Shown here: in pieces, positions 29,398 to 39,898 of the stretch
How positions within the stretch are numbered: position 1 is the first letter of the stretch
Layout of the letters: each line of letters opens with the position of its first letter
From: Thermoproteota archaeon
GTDB taxonomy: Archaea > Thermoproteota > Nitrososphaeria > Nitrososphaerales > Nitrososphaeraceae
Length of the DNA stretch: 50,513 nt
Assembly (NCBI GenBank): GCA_046732455.1
Contig: JBKPNF010000202.1
Span: forward strand, 1-50,513
Reading direction: 5' to 3'
Program-made: the position numbers and the translations under genes
Notes under the pieces: model-generated
What the model was told of the DNA's origin: nothing
Seen by the model: the letters and a program-made list of their open reading frames with translations, nothing else
Database searches by the model: none

Positions 29398-29934
29398 CTA
29401 GTGTGCATGTGGCGGAGGTGCACTGCCTTTAGACAAGGATTCATTAAATGTGCCGGCAGACTTCTCATGAAACTCTAGGTTTGACTGGTCGACTTTTATC
29501 GCCTGTGGCGGACACACTGATACGCAAGCCATACACCAGATGCAATCATGCTCCCTGATTGGATCTGCCTTATCTGTATAGTCTTTGCGTTCTTCTTTGA
29601 CTGCGCTGCCTGTACCTGCGCTTGTAGCATTTGCCACCTGAACTGCAGGAACATCATCTTCTGTTCTGTACCACTGAAATACCTGTACCGGACAAGCTTC
29701 AATACATGCACCGTCAGCAACACAAGAGTCCCAGTCGACAGCTACCATTGTCCCATGAACACCTAGAGGAGCCATCTCTTCTCCTCTTGTTTGATATGCG
29801 GATTTGACCTCTTCGTTTTCTGCCGCTTCTGCAGCCCTTCCAGGCCCCCATACAAAATGAAAATGCTCCCCGTCTGCGTGCTGATGCTTGCCCGTTGGCT
29901 GATGATTTTTTGGAAAGTCTGGATCTATTGGCAT
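29398..29934 (-). CDS. Zinc-containing dicluster ferredoxin (Zfx type)
   Basis: His-rich N-terminus, LGVHGTMVAVDWDSCVADGACIEACP (Asp in place of the second Cys) and CIWCMACVSVCP, as in Sulfolobales Zn-ferredoxins. Confidence 0.9.
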   Translation of the reverse strand: MPIDPDFPKNHQPTGKHQHADGEHFHFVWGPGRAAEAAENEEVKSAYQTRGEEMAPLGVHGTMVAVDWDSCVADGACIEACPVQVFQWYRTEDDVPAVQVANATSAGTGSAVKEERKDYTDKADPIREHDCIWCMACVSVCPPQAIKVDQSNLEFHEKSAGTFNESLSKGSAPPPHAH

Positions 29935-30027
29935 CTGATACCTACGTAAGATACATTACTAATATGAGTTACCTAGATAGCCGTCGTATCCACGAGTTTC
30001 CCTTTTGATTCAGATATATATTGTTGG

Positions 30028-31224
30028 TTGATCCCTATCCAACATAACTCAATGTCTGATAGCGCCATCTTCAAGAACAAGTCCAAATTGTCGCCACGCT
30101 ACCTCCCAGAGGAGCTACCGCACCGCCAAGCTCAGATTCAGCAGATAGTACATGTGTTTTCTGAGGCTCCGGAGGATCCGGATAAGTTCCCCCTTACTGT
30201 TTTGCAGGTAATAGGCGCTGCAGGCATCGGCAAGACGTCAACCGTCCTTAGATCATCTAAGATCATTGAAGAACTCTTTGCAAAGAGCAGGCTGACAGTA
30301 AAAACGGTATACATCAACATGAAGCTGCAAGGGGGCAACAAGTTTGCAATATACAGGCTCCTCCTTGAGCGCATGGCGCCAGAGCTGCCAGCCCAAGGTC
30401 TCAGCGCAGAAGAAATGCTGCGCTACCTCTTGCAATATTTGAGACAAAATGGCCACTATGCTTTGATTATCATAGACGAAATCGACTACCTGATAAAGAC
30501 TAGCAAAGACACAGGTATCATTTACGATCTGACACGCTTGAACGAGTATGACCTTGATAAACCCTGCAATGTTAAGGGAGTTATATTCATCGCTAGGAGC
30601 ATGGAATTTTATAATAAACTTGATGCTGCAGAGCTGAGTACTCTTGGAAGGGTTCCAATGGAGTTCTATCCTTACACACTAAAGCAAGTCAGCGACATAC
30701 TTGAGAGTCGGGCGGCGGAAGCTTTCAATCCAAAGTCAATAGGTTCAGACGTTATTGACAAAGTTGCTAGCATTACAACATCAGCCGAGGTGAATAGTGA
30801 TGTCAGATATGCCCTTGATCTGCTTTTATACGCAGGTAACCTTGCCGAATCCGATGGCTCAGGCAGAGTCATGCTTGATCATCTTCGCAAGGTGCACGGT
30901 AAGATTCACCCATCGATAACCACCGAAGAGATTGAGCAGCTGTCAAAGAACCATATTGTGAGCCTGATGGCTCTAGTACGTGCGCTAAGGAGCAAGAAAA
31001 AGGCATATGTCGGGCTCAAGGACGTACGTCTATATGCTTCTGAGCTTGCGGAGCAACTGGGCTTGAAAACGATTGACATTGAAGATTATCTTGAGGATCT
31101 GAACGCGAGGAAGCTGGTAGATATCAAATCACTTAAGGAAATAGGGTTGCATGGCGCATCACTTGCGGAACTTGAACCAGCATTGATGAGGAAGGTAAAA
31201 GGTGAAAAGTCGTCTAGTGTCTGA
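30028..31224 (+). CDS. cdc6: Cdc6/Orc1-family AAA+ protein (start possibly ATG 30052)
   Basis: LSPRYLPEELPHR, Walker A GAAGIGKT, Walker B IIIDEID, F.PY, DVRYALDLL. Confidence 0.92.
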   Translation: MIPIQHNSMSDSAIFKNKSKLSPRYLPEELPHRQAQIQQIVHVFSEAPEDPDKFPLTVLQVIGAAGIGKTSTVLRSSKIIEELFAKSRLTVKTVYINMKLQGGNKFAIYRLLLERMAPELPAQGLSAEEMLRYLLQYLRQNGHYALIIIDEIDYLIKTSKDTGIIYDLTRLNEYDLDKPCNVKGVIFIARSMEFYNKLDAAELSTLGRVPMEFYPYTLKQVSDILESRAAEAFNPKSIGSDVIDKVASITTSAEVNSDVRYALDLLLYAGNLAESDGSGRVMLDHLRKVHGKIHPSITTEEIEQLSKNHIVSLMALVRALRSKKKAYVGLKDVRLYASELAEQLGLKTIDIEDYLEDLNARKLVDIKSLKEIGLHGASLAELEPALMRKVKGEKSSSV

Positions 31225-31513
31225 AGTTAGATCCAGCAGGCAAATCATAGAGATAGGACTTGGCAGCATTGGTAAAATCAAGATAATGAAGGCTCTGGCT
31301 GAAGAGAACAAACTGGCAACGGTCTATTCGCTCCATAAAAAAACTCATTTGAAGCGAGAGGACATAAAGAACAACATTAGCGACCTCGTAAAGATTGGGT
31401 GGGTCACTCACAGTAAATACGCCAATGTGATGTACGGTTTAAACTGGGATGACAAGTACGTCGGCGAGTTGATAGAGTTCTTTAAGAATGTCGGCTACAT
31501 TGATTATCAATGA
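31202..31513 (+). CDS. Small winged-helix DNA-binding protein
   Basis: GSIGKIKIMKAL...TVYSLHKKTHLKREDIKNNISDLVKIGWV wHTH pattern; overlaps the cdc6 stop. Confidence 0.75.
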   Translation: MKSRLVSEVRSSRQIIEIGLGSIGKIKIMKALAEENKLATVYSLHKKTHLKREDIKNNISDLVKIGWVTHSKYANVMYGLNWDDKYVGELIEFFKNVGYIDYQ

Positions 31514-31580
31514 GATGGAGTCCGAAAGCATTTACAACGTCAAAGTTGAAACACCCAGATACTAGAGATCCATAATCTTG

Positions 31581-31961
31581 CTAACCATAGAAATTGATGT
31601 ACCTGTCATCTTTGTCCTGACTCTGCATCATCCGTAGCGCCCTGAATAAAGCATCGATCGCTGCAGCTTCGCTAAGCCTGCCCTTTGCAACTTGATACGC
31701 AGCACCAGAAATATCCAGGTAGCGAAGTCGGTCCGCTGTCATGTCGCCTCTTATTCCTTTTTCTGAGCATCGCCTTACAAGGGCAGCGAGCATTCTGTCT
31801 ACATGATAGTTGAGGTGTATTTCTGCAGCTTCATCGCTATCCACTCCATAAAGATCCGATATCATAAGATCTAGCCTTGCTTCGTCCTCGCTGGCAACGC
31901 CGCCATGGGCTGCCTGTATAGCAGACCGACCACGAGGTTTTTTAGCATCACTTTCTTGCAT
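31581..31961 (-). CDS. Hypothetical protein
   Basis: 126-aa ORF with ATG start, filling the gap between neighbours. Confidence 0.65.
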   Translation of the reverse strand: MQESDAKKPRGRSAIQAAHGGVASEDEARLDLMISDLYGVDSDEAAEIHLNYHVDRMLAALVRRCSEKGIRGDMTADRLRYLDISGAAYQVAKGRLSEAAAIDALFRALRMMQSQDKDDRYINFYG

Positions 31962-32057
31962 TTTCTTAAGAACTATTCAGGTAGCGCATTTTCTTCATAT
32001 TAACATAGCGCTGAAGAATCCAAAAAGGAATAAAAGGGCGATCCCCTAAACGCGGAT

Positions 32058-33680
32058 GTGCAGTCCAGGCCTCAGATTCAGTCTAAATTTATTTTCATTA
32101 CAGGCGGAGTCATGTCTGGTTTAGGCAAAGGTGTCACCACATCCTCAACGGCAAAACTGCTTCAGCTTGCAGGCTACAGGGTTTCATGTGTGAAAATAGA
32201 CCCGTATGTAAACTATGACGCTGGGACTATGAATCCCGTAGCTCACGGCGAAGTCTTTGTCACAGATGATGGCGGCGAGTGCGACATGGACATCGGCAAC
32301 TATGAGCGCTTTATCGACATTGCCATGACAAAAGATCATAACATAACGACGGGCAGAGTATACATGGATGTCATTAGGGCAGAGCGCGAGGGCAAATACT
32401 TAGGTCAGTGCGTTCAAATTATTCCTCATGTTACTGATGCGATAAAGAATACAGTATGCAAAATTGCAAATGACGAAAAGCTGGATATTCTGGTAGTTGA
32501 GTGTGGAGGAACAGTTGGAGACATTGAGAGTTTGCCATTCCTTGAGGCATTCAGGCAGATGGAGATGGAGCTGGGTCATTCAAATACTCTGTTCATCCAC
32601 GTAACATTGGCACCGGTGCTTGATGTTGTGGGCGAGCAAAAGACTAAGCCGACCCAGCACAGCGTTCAGGAGCTACGGAGGATCGGCATTCAGCCAGACA
32701 TCCTTGCTGTAAGATGCAAGACCCCTCTAAGAGAAGATGCGAGACACAAGATTTCGCTTTTTGCAAGCGTGCAACAAAACTGTGTGATCTCGTGTCACGA
32801 TACGCCTTCAATATACAAGGTGCCTCAAGTGCTCGAGAACCAAGGGATGCTTAAATCAATAGCAGAACGACTTGGACTTCGGAGCACTACACCTATATGG
32901 GGCAACTGGAAGTCCATAGCAGAATCTTTCTCAAAATGCGAGGGTTCAATCAAAATCGCAGTTATAGGTAAGTACGTAAAGTTACCAGACAGTTACGTCA
33001 GCATTTACCATGCGTTGCTGCACTCTGGAGCAAGCATTGGCAAAAAGGTTGATGTGTGCTGGATAGACTCTGAAAAATTTGAAAATGGTGGTCAGCAGAA
33101 TTTATCGATGTTGAAAAACTTTGACGGGATATTGGCACCGGGGGGCTTTGGAAAAAGGGGAAGCCAGGGCATTATTAGTGCGGCCAACTTTGCAAGGGAA
33201 AGCAACATACCCTATCTTGGGATCTGCTTTGGATTCCAGCTGGCAATTGTGGCGTTTGCACGACATGTCTGCAAATTGTATGATGCAAATTCTACAGAGC
33301 TCGATCCCCACACGAAGAACCCTATTGTTGATTTCATGCCAGAGCAGCTCGATGTCCACAATATGGGCGGCACAATGCGGCTTGGAAGCCACGAAATAAC
33401 CATATCTCCAAAAACACTTGCGGCCGATATATACAGGTCAACTTCGATAAAGAGGCGCCATAGGCACCGCTTTGAATTTAACCAAAAGTATCTCGATATC
33501 GTAACAAAAAATGGGCTTGTACTGTCAGCTCATTCTGACAGGGGCAAACGAATGGAATCTCTGGAAATATTAAATCACAGGTTTTTCTTTGCTGTTCAGT
33601 ATCACGCGGAATTTAACAGCAGGCCAGGTAAGCCTGAACAGTCCTTCGGGGCATTCGTCAGGGCAGCAGGAAATCATTAG
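32058..33680 (+). CDS. pyrG: CTP synthase
   Basis: ITGGVMSGLGKG, KIDPYVNYDAGTM, GGTVGDIE, KTKPTQ, GICFG, RHRHRFE, QYHAE. Confidence 0.98.
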   Translation: MQSRPQIQSKFIFITGGVMSGLGKGVTTSSTAKLLQLAGYRVSCVKIDPYVNYDAGTMNPVAHGEVFVTDDGGECDMDIGNYERFIDIAMTKDHNITTGRVYMDVIRAEREGKYLGQCVQIIPHVTDAIKNTVCKIANDEKLDILVVECGGTVGDIESLPFLEAFRQMEMELGHSNTLFIHVTLAPVLDVVGEQKTKPTQHSVQELRRIGIQPDILAVRCKTPLREDARHKISLFASVQQNCVISCHDTPSIYKVPQVLENQGMLKSIAERLGLRSTTPIWGNWKSIAESFSKCEGSIKIAVIGKYVKLPDSYVSIYHALLHSGASIGKKVDVCWIDSEKFENGGQQNLSMLKNFDGILAPGGFGKRGSQGIISAANFARESNIPYLGICFGFQLAIVAFARHVCKLYDANSTELDPHTKNPIVDFMPEQLDVHNMGGTMRLGSHEITISPKTLAADIYRSTSIKRRHRHRFEFNQKYLDIVTKNGLVLSAHSDRGKRMESLEILNHRFFFAVQYHAEFNSRPGKPEQSFGAFVRAAGNH

Positions 33681-34681
33681 AATTTTAGTTCATATATCCT
33701 TTGGCGGGCGTCTCGAAGCGAAGTTTTCTTTTTTACATAGCCTTGGTTGATAAGGTGACTGAGGGAAAGTCGAATGGTGCGCTCAGGGAGCATTGTCCGC
33801 GTTGCCAAGTCCTTTTGGCTTAACGCACCTTCATACTCGAGTGTCTTCAATATCAGTTTGGCGCTTGGAGGCATCTTTAACATATCTTCAGCAAGCTTAA
33901 CTTTTTTTGCCATTAGAGACGCTGCGGACGAATGACCGCTTAGCCTTACAAGGCGTGCAGGAAATGCGTGTTTGCTGCATTCAAGGGTATTTTTTATCTG
34001 TGTCCTATGCCCCCCGTCAAGTACTACTTCGCAGTGGTAGCGGCTAATGATGTCCGCGATCTCGAGCTTGCTTTGGTTTGGAACAATAAGTGGCCTGCGA
34101 GTGTTGTCAAGAGAGTTTACGGAAACGACCAAAAATACAAGTGCTTTTTGTAACACCATGGGTCCCCCTGCAGACATAGAATATGCAGTTGAGCCGGTTG
34201 GGGTTGAAATAATGACGCCATCGCTCTTGTCATGCCAAATGTCGTTGGAATCTATCCGCAAGACATGCTCCATAAGAGTTGCACTCTTGCTTGAAAAAAC
34301 TGCCACATCATTTAACACAGGATCAGCTTGTTTGCCATCGACTTTAACGGCAAGGCGAAAAACCTCCTCTACTGAAAAGTTACCACGCTTGAGCTGAGAT
34401 GTAGCGGATTCCAGATCTCTTACATCAATCTGGGCAAGGAAACCGGTGGAGTCAGTCTCATAGATACCAAGAACGGGCGCGGAATCATACTCTACCTTAT
34501 GGAAGTAATCGAGTATGCCCCTATCCCCTCCGGCCACCATCACCAGATCTACTTCCTTTGCAGTATGATAGTCATCATCCATCATTATCTGGGTCTTAAC
34601 TGTCAGCGATTCAAGTGTCTTTTTCACTTTGGAAAGGAGCGCTCCGTCTCGCATATCAATACCTGAAAGCGCAACCTTCAT
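33677..34681 (-). CDS. nadK: NAD kinase family protein fused to a C-terminal winged-helix (MarR-like) domain
   Basis: AGGDRG, LNDV, DGVIISTPTGSTAYSMSAGGP; C-terminal PPSAKLILKTLEYEG...DARQRIY. Probable start MKVAL at 34681. Confidence 0.88.
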   Translation of the reverse strand: MKVALSGIDMRDGALLSKVKKTLESLTVKTQIMMDDDYHTAKEVDLVMVAGGDRGILDYFHKVEYDSAPVLGIYETDSTGFLAQIDVRDLESATSQLKRGNFSVEEVFRLAVKVDGKQADPVLNDVAVFSSKSATLMEHVLRIDSNDIWHDKSDGVIISTPTGSTAYSMSAGGPMVLQKALVFLVVSVNSLDNTRRPLIVPNQSKLEIADIISRYHCEVVLDGGHRTQIKNTLECSKHAFPARLVRLSGHSSAASLMAKKVKLAEDMLKMPPSAKLILKTLEYEGALSQKDLATRTMLPERTIRLSLSHLINQGYVKKKTSLRDARQRIYELKF

Positions 34682-34724
34682 GATTATTTTACTGCATCCT
34701 ATTGTCCTAGAGCCGAATTTAAAG

Positions 34725-35636
34725 CTAAGAAATACGTTGAAATCCAATGTCATTGTAAAAATATGATGCATTCTCTTCTATGTTGGGTAATGAAGGGATT
34801 TTGGAAAGGCCCACCTCCCTTGTCTCAAGAGCTGCTTTAACCGCACCCGCGCCAAAGCATATCGCCCATATTGGGTCCTTTTCCTTGAGATATGCGCATG
34901 AAAACGACGCACACAGTATGTCACCTACGCCCGTAGAATCCCCAGTGTCAACGTAATCCACACTCAGCCAGTAGTGCGTTTTTTTGTGAAGCAGATGAAA
35001 AGTCCTGTGTTCAGTGTAGATTACAAATTCTATGCCTCGCGAGCGCAACGACTGCATACCATCTAACCCTTGCAGGCCACCTGTAAGTGCTGACATTTCC
35101 TCAGGGTCGACCTTTATTGAATTAATGCCCGATAGATCAAGATCTAGGCTCTCTTTCAGTGTCACACTGCCTTTATTATCGACTAGGCGCAGGTATCCTT
35201 GCGGATCGAGCATGACAAAATTTTTCTTGCCTCTATTTCGGATTATTTCAGCAAGAACTTTTTGTGGCAATTCGTCGATCACGGGGCTCGCCAACCAGCA
35301 GTCGACCTCCATGTCTTGAATGTCCTCGACGGTGAGGGGATTGCACTTGTCAATTAGCAATAGCTCTCTGGAGTAGCCTTGGGTAAGGATCTGAAACTTA
35401 GTGGTAGGCGCATCCACCAATTGGCCCTGGCGCAGTGTGATGTCATTTTCCTGTAACACATTGTGCAAATGTTTTGGAAGATCGTTTCCTACTTTTGTGA
35501 CAAGGCTTACATCAAAGCCAAACTTCCTGCTCGTAATGCCGCAGTAGCATGGCGGTCCGCCCATGCTTTCTATCACGGTGCCATCAGTGGTTTTTATCTT
35601 ATCCAGAACTATATGTGAGGCAATAGCCATCCTCAA
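34725..35636 (-). CDS. PfkB/ribokinase-family carbohydrate kinase
   Basis: MGGPPCY, KVGND, LDPQG, DSTGVGD. Confidence 0.88.
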   Translation of the reverse strand: MRMAIASHIVLDKIKTTDGTVIESMGGPPCYCGITSRKFGFDVSLVTKVGNDLPKHLHNVLQENDITLRQGQLVDAPTTKFQILTQGYSRELLLIDKCNPLTVEDIQDMEVDCWLASPVIDELPQKVLAEIIRNRGKKNFVMLDPQGYLRLVDNKGSVTLKESLDLDLSGINSIKVDPEEMSALTGGLQGLDGMQSLRSRGIEFVIYTEHRTFHLLHKKTHYWLSVDYVDTGDSTGVGDILCASFSCAYLKEKDPIWAICFGAGAVKAALETREVGLSKIPSLPNIEENASYFYNDIGFQRIS

Positions 35637-36184
35637 GGTTGGTTAGCTGTATAGTCTTGTTTTACATGATAATAAAAGGGCTTGTCTGCGCAGCCCAAAA
35701 CCGAGGATTGGGATGGCGGCATGGGCTTGCGCTGCGCCCTTTGTGTCTGTGTTTGTGTCGACCAAAGCTATAAGGATTGTGGTTGATTCTGTCAAGGTAC
35801 TCTAGCCTATTATTTTTATGTAGATTGAGAGTGGTTCTGATCAGGTTCATTGAATCCAGGAGCTTTTATCTGCTTTTCCTGGCACGCTATCATTGTATTA
35901 CATTATATTGAAACACTCAATGGAACTACTTAGCAGAAAGTTTAAGTCGCTTTAATATCACAAGCCATTAGACAAATGACAATAAAGCATTCTAGCTCCT
36001 TTTGGATTATCTAGTGGGATTGAATAAGATATCTTTCTTTTAGTACTTCGAATTCAAAGTTACTTTTTATGTGAAATAATGAGTCCTTTGTTGCAAATTC
36101 CTTAGTCCTGAGTCAGGAAAACTAATGTATTAGTGGATTTCAATCACAAGATTTAAAGGATAGCAAATAACTCTTACGGAATAT

Positions 36185-36472
36185 ATGCCGAAGAAGAGAG
36201 CAAGCAGGGGAAGGTCAAAGGGAGGCAAAGGTAGCTCTGGCACAGTGAGTTGCAGCCAGTGCGGAGCTTTGGTTCCACGGGACAAAGCGAAGAAGGTAAC
36301 AGGAAGGATCACGCTTGTGGAGCCCACACTTGCAAAAGAATTGAGAGCATCAGGGGCATATATCCCGCTGTCTACAGACGTCAAGTTCTATTGCGTATCG
36401 TGTGCGGTTCATAGAGGCATTGTGAAAGTGAGATCAGAGTCAGATAGACGCACAGCGTCTAAGCTCAGGTAG
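36185..36472 (+). CDS. rps26e: 30S ribosomal protein S26e
   Basis: MPKKRASRGR, CSQC..VPRDKAKK, YCVSCAVHRGIVKVRS. Confidence 0.96.
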   Translation: MPKKRASRGRSKGGKGSSGTVSCSQCGALVPRDKAKKVTGRITLVEPTLAKELRASGAYIPLSTDVKFYCVSCAVHRGIVKVRSESDRRTASKLR

Positions 36473-37076
36473 AAGATAATTTCCTCACAGTCACCAACAC
36501 CCTCTGTGCTAATGTGATACCAGCTACAATGGAAACAATTATGATCGCCCATTGCATCGCTTCTCTGATAGGTATCATGCCTAATATCGCAACGATAAGG
36601 AGTCGTTCTGCACGCTCGCCTATTCCTACCCCTTTGAGTTTCTCTCCAAGCGACTCAGCCCTTGCTCTAGTATAGCTTACAAGAAGAGACATCCCTAAGG
36701 CGACTAGGCACCAGAATGAATCTGCAAGTTGTCCCAAGGCGAGGCCGCAGAAGATAAGCACCTCGGCTAGCTTATCAAAGATAGAATCGAGAAATGCACC
36801 CTTTTTTGACATCTTCCTTGTAGTACGCGCCACGCTACCATCTACGATATCAAAGAAACCCGAAATCAAGAGAAACACGCCTCCTATGACTGCAGTGAAA
36901 TTCCAAGGCGTCCAATCAACATCCAGGAAGGTATTTGTTGCATAGGCAATTGCTGCGAGGAGTGACGCTGCTAGACCCAGTCCGGTCCAAAAGTCTGCGG
37001 AGAGGCCAGTCGATGCAAATATGGTACCAATTTTTGTTAAAGCGGGCTCTAGCGCATCTCGAAGCTTATTCAGCAA
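36465..37076 (-). CDS. CDP-alcohol phosphatidyltransferase (probable archaetidylinositol phosphate synthase)
   Basis: DIVDGSVAR...GAFLDSIFD signature; VSYTRARAE; GERAER. Confidence 0.9.
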   Translation of the reverse strand: MLNKLRDALEPALTKIGTIFASTGLSADFWTGLGLAASLLAAIAYATNTFLDVDWTPWNFTAVIGGVFLLISGFFDIVDGSVARTTRKMSKKGAFLDSIFDKLAEVLIFCGLALGQLADSFWCLVALGMSLLVSYTRARAESLGEKLKGVGIGERAERLLIVAILGMIPIREAMQWAIIIVSIVAGITLAQRVLVTVRKLSST

Positions 37077-37448
37077 TGATTCTTCAACAGGATTCTTTTA
37101 TAATAATTTATATTTAACAAAACGAAGATTAGTCGAGGTTTTTTACCTTGTCGACGTTATATTTTGTTTGAATGTCTCAATGGAGTGTATAATTTTCTTG
37201 CCCATTGCTTTGCGCAAGCCTGTTTATCTAATGTGCAGATTCATTGCTTTCGTAGGCTGCGTAGCCTTTTTTGTCTCTCCAATTTATGCTGCATATTCTC
37301 TTCGACGGGGAGCATTGTTATTGCAGTCTTCTAATCAAATTTATAGACCTAGAAAAATGCCTACTGAGATTTTACATCTATGACTCAAGCTCCCAATCGA
37401 CCATAATTCTTTAATATAGATTTTTCAGATATAGATTGAAACCAGGTA

Positions 37449-38411
37449 ATGCAAGATTGGGATATAGTCTCGGTTCTATCTAACTTTGGAGTTAACTTTG
37501 AGTCAGAAGGAAGTCGCAGTATAAGAGTGCACGGTGAAAGTTCTATCGATGACGCGTCTGAGAACGACCTTGCATTTTGCTGGTATGCCGGCCAAAGAGG
37601 AGTTTCATTGATCACCAATTCCAAGGCAGGAGTAATCCTGTGCAAAATGGAGATGCGAGGTTTGGTTCACCCAAATGGCAACCAATTGTTAATATTCACC
37701 GATAACCCCCGGCTTACGTTTGTTCGAGTGGTCAAAGAAATGAGGCGCCAAGAGCGGTTGGTTGGCATCTCACCACGGGCAGTTATTTCGCAAAAATCCA
37801 AGATAGGATCGGGCTGCTTCATCGGTGACTACGCGGTGATAGGCGACAATTGTTCACTAGGAGATAACACGGTTATTTATGACAGAGTATCGCTTGTGCA
37901 AAACTGTATAATTGGCAACAACTGTGTGATCCAATCAGGAGCTTCTTTAGGATCTGACGGCTTTGCCTTTGAACGCTACGAAGGAGGGGGGCTGGAGAAA
38001 TTCCCACACAAGGGCTACGTACGGCTGGGGGACAATGTCGAAATATATGCTAACTGCTCTATTGCGCGCGGATCTCTTTCAGACACCAAAATAGGCGACG
38101 GAACCAAACTTGATGCTCTAGTCCATATTGCTCATAATGTGAATGTAGGAAAGAATTGCGAACTTACGGCCGGAACAATTATCGGTGGCAGTACAACTCT
38201 AGGAGACACGAGCTGGACAGGTCTAAATTCAACGCTGAAAAATGGAATCAAAATAGGCCGTAATGTCATTGTGGCGTCAGGCGCTTCGGTTATACACGAC
38301 GTTCCAGACGGCGACATTGTTGCAGGCGTTCCAGCTAGATCAATTAAACATAAGGTAAGCACGGATGAGGTTTTTCTTATGGCAGGCCAGAAGAAATCAT
38401 CTACAATCTGA
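37449..38411 (+). CDS. LpxD-like hexapeptide-repeat N-acyltransferase
   Basis: LpxD-type N-terminal domain (SIDDASENDLAF, DNPRLTF), left-handed beta-helix repeats, GSDGFAF, IARGSLSDTKIG, KLDALVHIAHNV, AGVPAR. Confidence 0.85.
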   Translation: MQDWDIVSVLSNFGVNFESEGSRSIRVHGESSIDDASENDLAFCWYAGQRGVSLITNSKAGVILCKMEMRGLVHPNGNQLLIFTDNPRLTFVRVVKEMRRQERLVGISPRAVISQKSKIGSGCFIGDYAVIGDNCSLGDNTVIYDRVSLVQNCIIGNNCVIQSGASLGSDGFAFERYEGGGLEKFPHKGYVRLGDNVEIYANCSIARGSLSDTKIGDGTKLDALVHIAHNVNVGKNCELTAGTIIGGSTTLGDTSWTGLNSTLKNGIKIGRNVIVASGASVIHDVPDGDIVAGVPARSIKHKVSTDEVFLMAGQKKSSTI

Positions 38412-38413
38412 AC

Positions 38414-39124
38414 CTATGTACTTTTTGACTCAATGACCTCTTTTGGCATTTGTTCAAACAGTGCATTAGATATATTTTCCTGTGGGAATTTCAATAATTT
38501 GAACTCTTTTCCAAGAAAGAGCTTTTGAACTTCAAAAGCTTCGACGCATGTTATCGTATGGTTGAATCTGCTCTGCAGTGCACGATACTGTGCAAGACCA
38601 CGGATTGCATTTGACTTGAGGAATGACTTGCTTCTCTGTGACCAGAAAATATTGATAAGATCTATCTTACCATCGATGACATCTGAGATATCATAATACA
38701 CCTGCGGCTTGAAATCGCGAGTTACGGGGATTTCATAAGCAAGAATATTTGGAGCAAACCTACCTGCCTCCATGGTCGCACCAGCTATTGCCCGGTGATC
38801 ATGGTGTGTGTCACCAAGCGAGTGTGTGAGGACAACATCAGGATCGGCCTTTTTTATAAAAAACTCAATGTGATTGATAAGATCGCTCGAAAGTGACAAC
38901 TTGGTATCTTGAAAATTATCGACCCATACCCTTTTTGCACCTATAAATTTTCCAGATTGTATCAATTCTTTTGTCCGCTCTTCGGGATCACCAGAAGCGC
39001 CACCTCTAGTTAATGTATACATGAAGATATTATGATGATCCTGCCGCGAAGCCTTTAGTAATAGGCCACCGCATCCCAGTTCAATGTCATCGGGGTGTGC
39101 CCCGATGGCAAGAATATTCATCAA
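38414..39124 (-). CDS. PIG-L/LmbE-family N-acetylhexosamine deacetylase
   Basis: GAHPDDIELG and DTHHDH zinc motifs. Confidence 0.92.
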   Translation of the reverse strand: MMNILAIGAHPDDIELGCGGLLLKASRQDHHNIFMYTLTRGGASGDPEERTKELIQSGKFIGAKRVWVDNFQDTKLSLSSDLINHIEFFIKKADPDVVLTHSLGDTHHDHRAIAGATMEAGRFAPNILAYEIPVTRDFKPQVYYDISDVIDGKIDLINIFWSQRSKSFLKSNAIRGLAQYRALQSRFNHTITCVEAFEVQKLFLGKEFKLLKFPQENISNALFEQMPKEVIESKST

Positions 39125-39232
39125 ATGGAGTGAGTACCACCGTTATTTATATAGTTGGAATCCCCACTCTGTCATAATGTAATAGAGGAGTTCTTAGGTA
39201 TCATTTAATGCGGTCTTTTTACAGGAGTAAAT

Positions 39233-39802
39233 GTGCACGATTATACTATGATACGTTATTCTAGATGCAAAGCAATTACTTTTAAATTGTTTCATATCGG
39301 TTCTCTTTCATTGAAGGAATTCATTCTTGTCTTCTTGTTGCTGATAATAGTAGCATCAGGGGCAAGATACGCAAGTGCGCAATCAATACCCTTGTTGCCT
39401 CCTCCCTATCCAGAAAAGACTCCGGATGAACAAAGAGTCGCGGAAAACGACCGCACACCGCCCCACATAGAAATATTGACTACGGAGCTCCATGAAGGCA
39501 AAAATGTCTTCGAGGTTAGGATAACAGATGCTTCAAGCCTTGTGACAAGAGAAGTCAAATACGTGCATAATGGTCAGCTAAGAGTAGATGGACTTTTCCG
39601 AGACCAGAACAACCTATATAAAGCGTTAATAGATATCCAGCCCCCATCTCGGATAGTCACGGTCACTGCAGGCGACGCAAACGGAAACACGGCTTCGGAC
39701 TTTAGAGAGTATGAAATCATGGGGCCTCAAGACATTTTCTCACAGATAGCGGATAGGTTATCACAGACTCTCAATTTCTTTTGGAACCTCTTTGGTCTAT
39801 AA
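39233..39802 (+). CDS. Secreted or membrane-anchored hypothetical protein (start probably later than given)
   Basis: Hydrophobic signal-like stretch, Pro-rich linker, Ig-like DRTPP...VTAGDANGN pattern. Confidence 0.65.
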   Translation: MHDYTMIRYSRCKAITFKLFHIGSLSLKEFILVFLLLIIVASGARYASAQSIPLLPPPYPEKTPDEQRVAENDRTPPHIEILTTELHEGKNVFEVRITDASSLVTREVKYVHNGQLRVDGLFRDQNNLYKALIDIQPPSRIVTVTAGDANGNTASDFREYEIMGPQDIFSQIADRLSQTLNFFWNLFGL

Positions 39803-39898
39803 TATCATGCATAGACCATAGTAATAAATAAATGCGAATATAGCACGATGAATTTCAGTAACCCTGTGACTTCAATTCATGATGGAAGGTGTGTCTGA

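Noticed and set aside
29935-30051. Possible replication origin next to cdc6
   Set aside because: The gap is short, with no repeated ORB (TTCCA...GAAAC...GGGGT-type) elements and no extended AT-rich unwinding region.
35662-35850. 62-aa His/Arg-rich ORF upstream of the PfkB kinase
   Set aside because: The composition derives from a low-complexity TG-rich tract on the plus strand; no family resemblance.
37449-38411. Assigning lpxD and lipid A synthesis, or bacterial contamination
   Set aside because: No lpxA/B/C/K genes, and the flanking genes (rps26e, archaeal lipid synthase) are archaeal; kept only as LpxD-like.
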